The position numbers and the translations under genes were made by a program. The notes under the pieces were generated by a model. It searched no databases. It was not told the origin of the DNA and was given only the letters and a program-made list of their open reading frames with translations. From NCBI GenBank assembly GCA_937996605.1, contig CALKVB010000436.1, positions 1 to 61,548 of the forward strand: 61,548 nt of DNA, given 5' to 3'. Positions 1-9,785 of this stretch are shown here, in pieces (position 1 is the stretch's first letter; every line of letters begins with the position of its first letter). This DNA is from an uncultured Oxalobacteraceae bacterium (lineage in GTDB: Bacteria > Pseudomonadota > Gammaproteobacteria > Burkholderiales > Burkholderiaceae_D).

Positions 1-1406
1 TCCGTAATGTCTGTGCGAATGGCGATGTATTTTTCAATGACGCCGTCGCTGTTCTTGAATGGCGCAACGAAAGTATCAACCCAATACAGCGAACCGTCTT
101 TAGCGCGATTGCAGACCTCGCCACGCCATGGTGTACCTTGCGAAATGTTTTGCCACATCTCTTGCCAGAATTCATTACTCTGTGTTCCTGAGCGGCTAAT
201 ACGATGGTACTCACCGATAAGCTCTTCGCGTTGATAGCCACTAATGCGGCAAAAGGCGTCATTGACATCGATGATCACCCCATGTGCATCGGCTACCGAG
301 ACAATGGCATGCATATTGAGCGTGCTGAGTAAGGCTTGGTTATCGCGAACTGCGGCATCTAGTTTGTCTTGTGTTTGCTCACTCCAGGTTAACTGCAGAC
401 GCAAGAGCGCAGTAATTAGGCCACTAATCAGCGTTGCCGCAACAAAGAATAAAATGGGGATAGAGCGGTTAGTTGCGATTTCAAACGCAGGCGTGCTGGC
501 AACCTCAAATTGAATATCTCTGCCATAAACCGTGAGCACACGAGAAAATTGAAATTGCGCCGTGCTTTGCAGCTTGCGGAAATCTTGACTAGGACTGGAG
601 TCGAAGCTGGTGATTTGATTTTGTGCGTTTTCGACGATATTACTCAGTCGGTATTGCAGCAGACTATTATCCATTTCGTTGACGTCGGCTAACAGTTCGC
701 TAATGATAATTGGGGCATACAGAATGCCGATTAACTGCTGGTGGCGCGCTTCAGTCGTGGTTGGCGTTAAATTGTTTTTGAAGACAGGCACAAAAAGCAT
801 CACGCTTGCTCTACGGGCTTCTTTAGGTGGGGCATAGATGAGGTCGCTCATTGCTGGTTTGCCGGAGGAAATCGCGTGTTCAATCGCAGCACGACGGCGG
901 GGATCTGAACCAAGATCTGCGCCGAGTATCCCGTGACTTTGAGTCGAAGAAACAAAATACTTGGTCAGATAATGTGTCTTCGGCGTGTTTTCATCGAATA
1001 CACGCACTTCAAAATCAGGTGAAATTTCCCGCTTTTGTTTTTTTACATAAGCGTCGAGATCTTGATGTTCAACCTGTTCAACTAAGCCTATCCCGCGTAA
1101 GCCGCGAAATTCATTGGATAAGTCTCTGGTTCGGAGTATTTCTTGAAATTGTGCCTGCGTGATCTCTTGGGTCAGGCCAAATAGACTTTTGGTGCCGTTC
1201 AGAGCATACAGCGGTGTAGCGAAGCGTCGTTCGATTTCAAGCGCGATCCGTTCGGATTTGTTACGAAAGTCAAGTTCGCGTTTGTTTTGCAGGTTAAAGT
1301 TCAGCCACCACGTGCCGGCCACTGCCAAGCACATGCTGCAAAGGAAGATAGCGATTGGTAAGTACTTAGGAAATAACCAATCGCGATGAGTCCAGGGATT
1401 CTTCAC
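1..1406 (-). CDS. CHASE-domain, PAS/PAC-containing sensor protein (3' end runs off the window)
   Basis: Not in the ORF track because it is open at the left edge. Ends translated by hand from GTG at 1406: MKNPWTHRDWLFPKYLPIAIFLCSMCLAVAGTWWL (TM), CHASE-like ...RTRDLSNEFRGLRGIGLV..., and PAC ...YWVDTFVAPF...YIAIRTDIT at the edge, in the same frame. Confidence 0.8.
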   Translation of the reverse strand, partial: MKNPWTHRDWLFPKYLPIAIFLCSMCLAVAGTWWLNFNLQNKRELDFRNKSERIALEIERRFATPLYALNGTKSLFGLTQEITQAQFQEILRTRDLSNEFRGLRGIGLVEQVEHQDLDAYVKKQKREISPDFEVRVFDENTPKTHYLTKYFVSSTQSHGILGADLGSDPRRRAAIEHAISSGKPAMSDLIYAPPKEARRASVMLFVPVFKNNLTPTTTEARHQQLIGILYAPIIISELLADVNEMDNSLLQYRLSNIVENAQNQITSFDSSPSQDFRKLQSTAQFQFSRVLTVYGRDIQFEVASTPAFEIATNRSIPILFFVAATLISGLITALLRLQLTWSEQTQDKLDAAVRDNQALLSTLNMHAIVSVADAHGVIIDVNDAFCRISGYQREELIGEYHRISRSGTQSNEFWQEMWQNISQGTPWRGEVCNRAKDGSLYWVDTFVAPFKNSDGVIEKYIAIRTDIT

Positions 1407-1634
1407 AGAAGCTTCGCCTTTATCAAAGGAATTTAAGTATCGCGGTCTTTTGATATTGCCGTCAATAAATTATTTCCTTAAAGAAGCTTTGTTGTACCCC
1501 AAAATGCAACAATATCGGCACTTTGATTTGCGGGCGAAAGGTATAATCCTGCCCACTATGACGCCAAAAAATTTTTGATAAATCATTAACTTATCTGCTT
1601 TTGGTGGCTATTCTTAATACAAAATAAACTGCTT

Positions 1635-2633
1635 ATGAAACGAGAATTCGACATTTATGGCTTGGGCGCAGCTCTAGTCGACACGGAAATCACATTGGAT
1701 GATGCTGATTTGCAGCGTATGCAAGTCGAGAAAGGTGTGATGACCTTGGTCGATGAAGAACGTCAACATGTCTTGATCGAGCATCTGCGCGAACACCTAA
1801 TTGCTTCGAAACGGGCTAGTGGCGGCTCCGCGGCCAATTCCATTATTGGTGCAGGTCATTTCGGATGTCGGAATTTTTATTCTTGCAAAGTGGCAGACGA
1901 CGAAAATGGCCGTTTTTATTTACAAGATATGCGTGCCGCTGGCGTGTCGACACCGCCCAATTTAGCTTCAAAAGACGGTATTACAGGTAAGTGTCTGGTA
2001 ATGATTACGCCAGATGCAGAACGCACCATGAATACCTATCTTGGGATTAGCGGTAGTCTGTCCGAAGCGGAAATCGACTTCGAGGCGATCGCAAAAGCCG
2101 ACATGGTGTACATCGAGGGATATCTGGTCACTTCACCGAGCGGTCGTGCTGCGGCGATCAAAATGCGTGAACAAGCGCGTCGAGTGGGAACTCGCGTCGC
2201 GATTAGTTTGTCTGATCCAGCGATGGTGCAGTTTTTCCGCGATGGTCTGTTGGAAATGATAGGTGATGGCGTTGATCTCATTTTTTGCAACCGTGAAGAA
2301 GCGATGCAATTTGCAAACGCGTCGACCATAGACGAAGCTTGTGCAGGCTTGCAACGTTTTGCCAAAACTTTTGCAATTACTTGCGGCCCAGATGGCGCTG
2401 TTGTTTATGATGGTCAGAAGTTGAGCAAAGTCGATGCCCCCGTCGTCAAAGCCATTGATACCAATGGCGCGGGCGATATGTTTGCGGGCGCCTTTATGTA
2501 TGGCTTGAGCCAAGGTTTGAGTTTTGAATATGCAGGTAGATTTGCCGCAAATGCTGCAGCTAAAGTGGTGACACAATATGGTCCACGCTTACGTCCAGAA
2601 CAACACGAGGAACTCAAACGCGGTTTTTTCTAA
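1635..2633 (+). CDS. PfkB/ribokinase-family kinase (adenosine/inosine kinase-like)
   Basis: GGSAANS, PDAERTM and DTNGAGDMFAGAF PfkB signatures. Confidence 0.9.
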   Translation: MKREFDIYGLGAALVDTEITLDDADLQRMQVEKGVMTLVDEERQHVLIEHLREHLIASKRASGGSAANSIIGAGHFGCRNFYSCKVADDENGRFYLQDMRAAGVSTPPNLASKDGITGKCLVMITPDAERTMNTYLGISGSLSEAEIDFEAIAKADMVYIEGYLVTSPSGRAAAIKMREQARRVGTRVAISLSDPAMVQFFRDGLLEMIGDGVDLIFCNREEAMQFANASTIDEACAGLQRFAKTFAITCGPDGAVVYDGQKLSKVDAPVVKAIDTNGAGDMFAGAFMYGLSQGLSFEYAGRFAANAAAKVVTQYGPRLRPEQHEELKRGFF

Positions 2634-2682
2634 AAAACGGGATGATTTGGTCCCTTAAACGGAGTAACAACACTCGGGAATT

Positions 2683-5600
2683 ATGCTTTCCTCATTTTCA
2701 AATCGTATGACAGGATACTTTGCCGCATTGTTGGTCGCGGCATTGGGGATTTTGTTCGTGCTTTGGTATGTGGGAATTCCGAGTATGGGACTCAACGGTG
2801 CCCGTTCACAAAGGTTAGAAGCGGCTTTGCGGGTATTAGAGACCCGAGCAGATGTACAAAGCCGTTTAATTGCGACAGAACTTAAAGAGCGAGGCGAAGA
2901 TACTGCCTTCGTTGCTGAAAATGCACAACTCTTTATTGCCGGAGCGAGCGCTGGGGTACAGATGGTTTTGCAGAGACAGTTTGAAGGGCTGCGAAAGGCA
3001 CATCCGCAGCGCTTCAAGAAAATCTTTCTGGTCGAGCTTCAATCCAAAAAAATCATCGCGAGTACCAGCGCGGCAGAAGCTGGTACTGCTGTCACTGATA
3101 GCGAGCTGTTGACCCGCATTTCTCACAACCATGCCGAGCGGGCACTGGAAAATTGGATGGCTAGCGATGGTTCTCGCGTCTTGGCCATTTCGAATCCGGT
3201 GTATGCGTCGACTTCGAGCAAGGTGCCGGTAGCTATCTTGTTTGCCATACTCGATTTGCAGCTATTTCTCGATGAAGGATTTCAATCCGATTTATTGTCT
3301 AGCAATGGAAACGATACAACTTTATTGTTTGATCAAAATGGCGCTTTAATTACCAGCTATCCTAAGGTTGACAGCAAACAACAATTTTTCACGCCAAACC
3401 AACGGGTTTTGGCTGGGTTTGAAGGTACCTTGGAGCAAACCAATCAAGTCGGTGAAAAGTTGATTGTGGTGTACCGTAACGTTCAATTAGGTCCAGAGCA
3501 AATTTGGACTATGGTCAATTACTCCAAGAAGGAAGGGGTGTTGGCGAACTTGAACGAACAGGCAAATATTTTGCTGGCAGCGGGTATTCTAATTACCTTC
3601 TTATCCTTACTGCTGATTTATTTTGCGTCGCGGCGTTTGACTGCAAGCTTGCACAGTTTGGTGCATGCCGCGCAGCAATTGAAAGACGGGCGGCGCGATG
3701 TTCGAGTCGAGCTTAAGGCCAGTGAATCATTGGAGATCCGTGTGTTGACTTCGGCCTTTAATGAGATGATCGAATCAATTCAAAATTCACAAAAGACACT
3801 GGAAGAAACGGTAGCGCAAAGAACGGAAGAATTGAGGCGTTCAGAGGTCCGTCATTTAACTCTGTTTAATACCACGGCAAGCGCGGTGATGGTATTAGAT
3901 CCAGTTCGTGTGATTGATTGCAATCCATCAGCAATTAGTATTTTTGGAGCGCACGACAGAAATGATCTGATTGGGCGTCATCCTGCAGAGCTGTCGCCGC
4001 CGAAACAGCGCGATGGCGCCGATTCTATTGAGGCTGCTAACCAAAATATCTTGCTAGCACAAGAGCAGGGACAGATTGCTTTTGAATGGTTGCATATGCG
4101 CTTGCATACCGGCGAAGTATTCGACGCCGAAGTTTTACTGAATCGTGTTGAGCTTGATGGTCGCCAACTTATTCAAGGAACCATGCGCGATATCTCTGAG
4201 CGAAAACGTGTAGAGGCGGCACTACATGCTAGCGAAGAAAGACATCGCACTCTAGTTGAATGGTCGCCCGAGGGAATTAACGTACATCGCAAAGGACGTT
4301 TGGTCTACGTCAACGCCGCCGCGATTCGAATGTTAGGCGCAAGCTCAGCTGCCGACTTGATAGGTAAGCCAATCTCAGAGGTGATTCATCCTGACTTCTG
4401 GTATCTGCTGAAAAATCGGGTGCGAAGTGTGAGTGAACTCGGTGCTCGCGATGAAAGTTATGAAGCCAAATTTGTTCGACTCGACGGCACCACGATTGAT
4501 GTTACTGCGCAGGGCACATTGATCGATTTCGATGGCTTGCCTTCCGTTTATTTGGCGTGGCGAGATATTACTGAGCTCAAACGTAGTGAGGAGTCGCGTC
4601 GCATTGCAGCTACCGCATTTGAATCCCAAGAAGGAATGTTCGTGACCGATGCAGATTGGAACATTTTGCGCACCAATCAGTCATTTAATCTCATTACCGG
4701 TTATTCGTCCGATGAGCTGGTCGGGCGGCCGCCCCATTTCCTCAGTGCAGATTTCCAAGAAGACGAATTGTTCAAGGAAATGATGCTGGGAATATCAGAG
4801 CGTGGAGCTTGGCAGGGTGAGGTGATTGATAGACGTAAGGACGGTGGTGAATTCCATGCTTGGATCAATATTTCGGGTGTCAAAGATGAGGCAGGTGCGA
4901 TTACGCATTTTGTTGGTACCTTCAACGATATCACTTTGCGCAAAGCCGCCGAAGATGAAATTCGTAATCTAGCCTTTTTTGATCCTTTGACGCAATTACC
5001 GAATCGTCGCCTATTGATGGATCGTTTGGAGCAAGCGCTCGCATCTGGTAATCGCCACACGCGTAAAGGCGCTTTGTTGTTTATTGATTTAGATAATTTC
5101 AAAACACTCAATGATACCTTAGGTCATGATCATGGTGATCTGTTGTTGCAGCAAGTCGCAGAGCGGCTCTCACGTTGCACACGGGAAGGCGATACTGTGG
5201 CGCGTTTGGGTGGTGATGAATTCGTGGTGATGTTAGAAGATCTTGAGGAAAATCCATTTGATGCAGCGAACCAAGCGGAAGTCGTTGCGATCAAAATCTT
5301 ATCAGAGCTCAATCAAACTTACTGGCTTGGAGTTAATGAACATCATAGCTCCCCAAGTATTGGTGTTACCTTGTTTGGCGAAAAAGTAGAAACCATCGCT
5401 GAACCCCTGAAGCGGGCGGATTTGGCGATGTATCAAGCGAAGTCAGCAGGGCGCAATACAATACGTTTCTTCGATCCAAAGATGCAGATTTTGGTGTCGC
5501 AACGTGTGGCATTGGAAGAAGACTTGCGTGATGCCATGTTGAACGATCAATTTGAATTGTATTACCAAGCGCAATTGACTGATGATGGCAAGCTGTTTGG

Positions 5601-6282
5601 GGCCGAGGTGTTGATCCGCTGGAACCATCCAACGCGTGGCATGATTTCGCCAGTCGAGTTTATTCCACTCGCTGAGGAAACCGGGCTAATCAGTATTCTT
5701 GGTTATTGGGTTTTGCACACAGCCACTAATCAATTGGCGATTTGGGCTGAACAGCTTGAGTTCAAGGACCTGGTGATCGCCGTGAATGTGAGCCCAAGTC
5801 AATTCCATCAAAAGAATTTTGTGGAACAAGTGGTTGACGTGCTGGAATTGACTAAGGCCGATCCTTTGCGACTGAAGTTAGAACTCACCGAAGGGTTCTC
5901 AATCTCGAATATCGAGGATGTCATCAAGAAGATGAGTATCCTCAAAGAAGTTGGGGTTGGATTCTCACTTGACGATTTTGGTACCGGTTATTCTTCACTT
6001 TCCTATCTTAAACGCTTGCCACTTGATCAATTGAAGATCGATCAAAGCTTTGTGCGGGATATCTTGGTTGATCCTAATGACGCTGCTATCTCGAAAATGG
6101 TAATTGTGCTCGCAGAAAGCTTGGGATTGGCGGTGATTGCGGAAGGTGTAGAAACCCCCGAGCAACAGGTGTTTCTTGCTGAACAAGGCTGTCACGCCTA
6201 TCAAGGCTACCTCTATAGCAAGCCATTACCATTGGCAAAATTTGAAGAATTTGCACGCAATATTTATCATGGGCGTGTCTAA
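2683..6282 (+). CDS. Membrane-bound diguanylate cyclase/phosphodiesterase (periplasmic sensor, HAMP, 3 PAS, GGDEF, EAL)
   Basis: Two TM segments, HAMP, three PAS/PAC units, intact GGDEF with REGD I-site, EVLIRW and DDFGTGYSS. Confidence 0.95.
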   Translation: MLSSFSNRMTGYFAALLVAALGILFVLWYVGIPSMGLNGARSQRLEAALRVLETRADVQSRLIATELKERGEDTAFVAENAQLFIAGASAGVQMVLQRQFEGLRKAHPQRFKKIFLVELQSKKIIASTSAAEAGTAVTDSELLTRISHNHAERALENWMASDGSRVLAISNPVYASTSSKVPVAILFAILDLQLFLDEGFQSDLLSSNGNDTTLLFDQNGALITSYPKVDSKQQFFTPNQRVLAGFEGTLEQTNQVGEKLIVVYRNVQLGPEQIWTMVNYSKKEGVLANLNEQANILLAAGILITFLSLLLIYFASRRLTASLHSLVHAAQQLKDGRRDVRVELKASESLEIRVLTSAFNEMIESIQNSQKTLEETVAQRTEELRRSEVRHLTLFNTTASAVMVLDPVRVIDCNPSAISIFGAHDRNDLIGRHPAELSPPKQRDGADSIEAANQNILLAQEQGQIAFEWLHMRLHTGEVFDAEVLLNRVELDGRQLIQGTMRDISERKRVEAALHASEERHRTLVEWSPEGINVHRKGRLVYVNAAAIRMLGASSAADLIGKPISEVIHPDFWYLLKNRVRSVSELGARDESYEAKFVRLDGTTIDVTAQGTLIDFDGLPSVYLAWRDITELKRSEESRRIAATAFESQEGMFVTDADWNILRTNQSFNLITGYSSDELVGRPPHFLSADFQEDELFKEMMLGISERGAWQGEVIDRRKDGGEFHAWINISGVKDEAGAITHFVGTFNDITLRKAAEDEIRNLAFFDPLTQLPNRRLLMDRLEQALASGNRHTRKGALLFIDLDNFKTLNDTLGHDHGDLLLQQVAERLSRCTREGDTVARLGGDEFVVMLEDLEENPFDAANQAEVVAIKILSELNQTYWLGVNEHHSSPSIGVTLFGEKVETIAEPLKRADLAMYQAKSAGRNTIRFFDPKMQILVSQRVALEEDLRDAMLNDQFELYYQAQLTDDGKLFGAEVLIRWNHPTRGMISPVEFIPLAEETGLISILGYWVLHTATNQLAIWAEQLEFKDLVIAVNVSPSQFHQKNFVEQVVDVLELTKADPLRLKLELTEGFSISNIEDVIKKMSILKEVGVGFSLDDFGTGYSSLSYLKRLPLDQLKIDQSFVRDILVDPNDAAISKMVIVLAESLGLAVIAEGVETPEQQVFLAEQGCHAYQGYLYSKPLPLAKFEEFARNIYHGRV

Positions 6283-6690
6283 TTGAGGTGCATATCCCGT
6301 TGCACACTCCGCGTCTTCCCAATAATCCCATTATTTGTTCCCACTCGTTTGGTCTTGAGCGTGCGGAATTGAACTTATTTCCCAGACCTGAGTCCTAAGA
6401 ACCTAGACTGCTATTTACAGAGAGCTCTGCCCAATGGTAGCAGCGGTTGAAGCTTGAATCGAGAAGCAGACCTGTGCTGTGGCACAGCGAGCATGCTCGA
6501 TTCAATATACTGCCGCGTTGTTGCTTGTGCTGAAGCTGCTCAGATCAGATTGTGGTTTGATGAATGGTTTCATATTCAGAACTTACGCAAGAATTGCTAA
6601 TCACGCAGTATTTTCAGTGCCGCGTCACTACAAAGTTGCTGCGTAAGTCCTAACATTACGGTAGCCCTTGAGGCCAAATCAGGAGACATA

Positions 6691-8328
6691 ATGGAACGAC
6701 GTGACTTTCTTAACTTGAGTGGTGCCGCCTTAGGCACTTTCCTATTGCCAGCTTATGCACGTGCGATCACGGCAGATGAGCTCTTGAAGCCGGTCTCGAA
6801 CCAGTTTCGTAAAGCTCTCGCTGATACAGCATTGAACGCGGCGACCAGTGCTGGTGCAAGTTACTGCGACGTGCGTATCGGTCGCTATTTGAATCAGTTT
6901 ATTTCTACACGCGATTTGAACGTAGAAAATGTGGCGAATACGGAATCAGCTGGAGTTGGTATTCGGGTTATCGCCAAAGGTGCTTACGGTTTCTCGGCAA
7001 CTAATGATATGTCTCCGGATGGCGTGGCCGCGGCGGCGCGTCAAGCGGTCGCGATTGCGATGGCGAATTCTAAGTTGCAAACCGAGCCGGTTCGTTTGGC
7101 ATCTGTCAAAGGTGTGGGTGAAGTGAGTTGGGCCACACCGATCAAAAAAGATTGGCGCACAGTGCCAATTAAAGAGAAGGTTGAGCTCTTGATTGCGGCG
7201 AATAAGGCAGGTATGGAAGGCGGTGCCAACTTTATGCAGTCGGTCATGTTCCAAGTCAATCAGCAGAAATATTTCGCCTCCACCGATGGCTCGTATATCG
7301 ATCAAGATGTGCACCGTTTGTGGATGCCTATCGCCGCCACTGCGGTCGATAAGAAGACGAATAAGTTCCGCACCCGCCAAGGCTTGTCTGCACCAGTAGG
7401 CCGTGGTTATGAATATCTCGACGCGCGTCCTGAAGATAAAGTGAAAGCTGCTGGCGGTGTGGCTACGCTATACAAGAACTCTTACGATCTGATCGAAGAT
7501 GCACGTGCATGTGGTAAGAGTGCTAAACAGAAATTGACCGCCAAATCAGTCGTTCCTGGCAAGTATGATTTGGTGTTGAGCCCAGAACATATGTGGTTGA
7601 CGATACATGAATCTGTTGGTCATCCAACTGAGCTTGATCGCGTTCTCGGATATGAAGCGAATTTTGCTGGTACCAGCTTCGCTACCATCGATAAGTGGGA
7701 ATCTAAAAAATTCAAGTATGGCTCTGATAAGGTCAACATCATCGCTGACAAAGTTGTACCAGGCTCCTTGGGCGCTGTTGGCTATGACGATGAAGGTGTG
7801 AAGACTAAACAATGGGACATCATTAAAGACGGTATTTTGGTGAATTACCAAGCGACGCGTGATCAGGTGCATATGATTGGCCAGAATGAATCCCACGGTT
7901 GCTCTTATGCGGATAACTGGAGTAGCGTGCAGTTCCAACGTATGCCAAATATTTCTTTGGCAGCGGGTAAGAAGCCACTGACACCAGACGAATTGGTCAA
8001 AGATGTGAAAAAGGGTATTTACATCGTCGGTGAAGGCTCGTTCTCCATCGATCAACAACGCTACAACTTCCAATTTGGTGGCCAAATGTTCTTTGAAATC
8101 AAGAACGGCAAAATTGGGGAGCAGTTGGAAGACGTTGCTTATCAATCTAACACGCAAGAATTCTGGAATGCCTGCAGCGCAACCTGCGATGAACGTGATT
8201 GGCGTATGGGCGGCTCCTTCTTCGATGGTAAGGGCCAACCATCTCAGTCGAGTGCTGTTTCGCACGGTTCAAGTACCACGCGTTTTAATGGCATCAATGT
8301 AATCAACACTGCACGTAAAATCGGCTAA
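6691..8328 (+). CDS. tldD: TldD/PmbA-family metalloprotease, TldD-type subunit 1, Tat signal
   Basis: MERRDFL twin-arginine motif, HESVGH zinc motif, YDDEG, RMPN. SD aggag upstream. Confidence 0.88.
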   Translation: MERRDFLNLSGAALGTFLLPAYARAITADELLKPVSNQFRKALADTALNAATSAGASYCDVRIGRYLNQFISTRDLNVENVANTESAGVGIRVIAKGAYGFSATNDMSPDGVAAAARQAVAIAMANSKLQTEPVRLASVKGVGEVSWATPIKKDWRTVPIKEKVELLIAANKAGMEGGANFMQSVMFQVNQQKYFASTDGSYIDQDVHRLWMPIAATAVDKKTNKFRTRQGLSAPVGRGYEYLDARPEDKVKAAGGVATLYKNSYDLIEDARACGKSAKQKLTAKSVVPGKYDLVLSPEHMWLTIHESVGHPTELDRVLGYEANFAGTSFATIDKWESKKFKYGSDKVNIIADKVVPGSLGAVGYDDEGVKTKQWDIIKDGILVNYQATRDQVHMIGQNESHGCSYADNWSSVQFQRMPNISLAAGKKPLTPDELVKDVKKGIYIVGEGSFSIDQQRYNFQFGGQMFFEIKNGKIGEQLEDVAYQSNTQEFWNACSATCDERDWRMGGSFFDGKGQPSQSSAVSHGSSTTRFNGINVINTARKIG

Positions 8329-8339
8329 GGAAATCCATC

Positions 8340-9674
8340 ATGAAACATTTAACGCGAGAAGAAGCAAAGAGTATCTGCGATAAAGTGATGTCGTTTTCCA
8401 AAGCAGATGAATGTAATGTGCAAATTGGAGGCAACCGTACCGGCAATATCCGCTTTGCGCGCAATGCAGTATCGACTTCAGGTGTAGTCACAGATACGCA
8501 AATGGCCGTCGCGGTCGCTTTCGGTAAGAAGCAAGGGATCGCCACCATCAATGAATTTGATGATAAGTCTTTGGAAAAAGTGGTGCGTCGCGCGGAAGAT
8601 TTGGCGCGCTTGGCACCAGAAAATCCAGAATTTATGCCCGCGGTGGCGAAGCAGACCTACAAAGAAACACCGACCTTCATTCAAAAAACCGCCGATATTG
8701 ATCCTGAATTTCGCGCTCAAGTTGCCGCATATTCGATCGAAGCCTGTCGTAAAAAGAACTTAGTGGCGGCAGGTTTCTTTACCGATGTCACTTCCTTTTC
8801 TACAGTCGCCAATTCGAATGGCGTGTTCGGCTATCAACGCGAAACGGGCTTGGACTTTACTTGTACAGTACGTACCGAAGATGGTCGCGGCTCGGGTTGG
8901 GTCAAGCGTTCAATCGGCGACGCTAATCGTTTCGATGCTCGCGAAGCGGCTGATGTCGCGATTGAAAAAGCTTTGCGTTCGATGGAAGCAAAAGCGCTAG
9001 AGCCAGGTCGTTACACCGTGATCTTGGAGCCAGCAGCGACTTCCGATTTGATCGGCAATATGCTAGGTGGTTTTGATGCGCGTTCTGCAGACGAAGGCCG
9101 TAGCTTCCTATCGAAAAAAGGCGGCGGTAATCGTTTAGGTGAAAAACTATTTGATGAACAAGTCAATATTTGGGCGGACCCTTGGAACCCAGATGTCGCT
9201 GTCTTGCCTTGGGATGGTTCGATGTTGCCCCGTGAACGTACTGAAGTCATCAAAAATGGACGCGTAAATTCTCTTGAGTATTCTCGTTACTGGGCGCAGA
9301 AACAAAAAGTCGCCATGCGTGCTGGGCACGGCAATATGATCATGGGAGGTACAGAAAAGACCACAGCTGAACTGATCGCCAATACCAAGAAAGGTATTTT
9401 GGTAACGCGTACGTGGTATATCCGTATGGTGGATCCGCAGTCGGTATTGTTGACAGGCTTAACCCGTGACGGCACTTTCTATATTGAGAACGGCAAGATC
9501 ATGTATCCAGTGAAGAACTTCCGTTTCAATGAAAGCCCAGTCACCATGCTCAATAACATCGAAGAGATAGGTAAGCCTGTGGTCATCGCAGGTGATGAAG
9601 TGCCTTATCAAATGTTGATTCCACCGATGAAGGTCAGAGATTTTAATTTCACGTCGCTTTCAGACGCCGTGTAA
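8340..9674 (+). CDS. TldD/PmbA-family protein, TldE/PmbA-type subunit 1
   Basis: RFARN, LEPGRYTVILEP, TGLTRDGTFYIENG, NFRFNES. No HExxxH. Starts 11 bp after tldD. Confidence 0.85.
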   Translation: MKHLTREEAKSICDKVMSFSKADECNVQIGGNRTGNIRFARNAVSTSGVVTDTQMAVAVAFGKKQGIATINEFDDKSLEKVVRRAEDLARLAPENPEFMPAVAKQTYKETPTFIQKTADIDPEFRAQVAAYSIEACRKKNLVAAGFFTDVTSFSTVANSNGVFGYQRETGLDFTCTVRTEDGRGSGWVKRSIGDANRFDAREAADVAIEKALRSMEAKALEPGRYTVILEPAATSDLIGNMLGGFDARSADEGRSFLSKKGGGNRLGEKLFDEQVNIWADPWNPDVAVLPWDGSMLPRERTEVIKNGRVNSLEYSRYWAQKQKVAMRAGHGNMIMGGTEKTTAELIANTKKGILVTRTWYIRMVDPQSVLLTGLTRDGTFYIENGKIMYPVKNFRFNESPVTMLNNIEEIGKPVVIAGDEVPYQMLIPPMKVRDFNFTSLSDAV

Positions 9675-9695
9675 TTCAGTGAAATTATGAAGAAA

Positions 9696-9730
9696 AATTC
9701 AGCAAATTGCTGCGTGCTATTTGCTGAATT
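9696..9730 (+). other. Intergenic stem-loop between the two TldD/E pairs
   Basis: aattcagcaaat...atttgctgaatt, 12-bp inverted repeat with no U-tract. Confidence 0.55.
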
Positions 9731-9785
9731 GTCTGAAGTTGAAATCAGGTGAGTTTGACTGAGTCAAGCATAATCAGGAGCAAAG

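Noticed and set aside
7-1389. Short + strand ORFs at the window start
   Set aside because: They are antisense shadows of the long minus-strand CHASE-PAS gene.
6283-6690. Possible RiPP precursor peptide for the TldD/E proteases
   Set aside because: No small ORF with an SD and precursor-like composition was seen here or at 20424-20913, and there are no YcaO, radical SAM or lanthipeptide enzymes in the window.
7546-8265. 239-aa minus-strand ORF and similar antisense ORFs within tldD/E, deaD and ppiC
   Set aside because: They lie entirely opposite well-supported genes and have no motifs.
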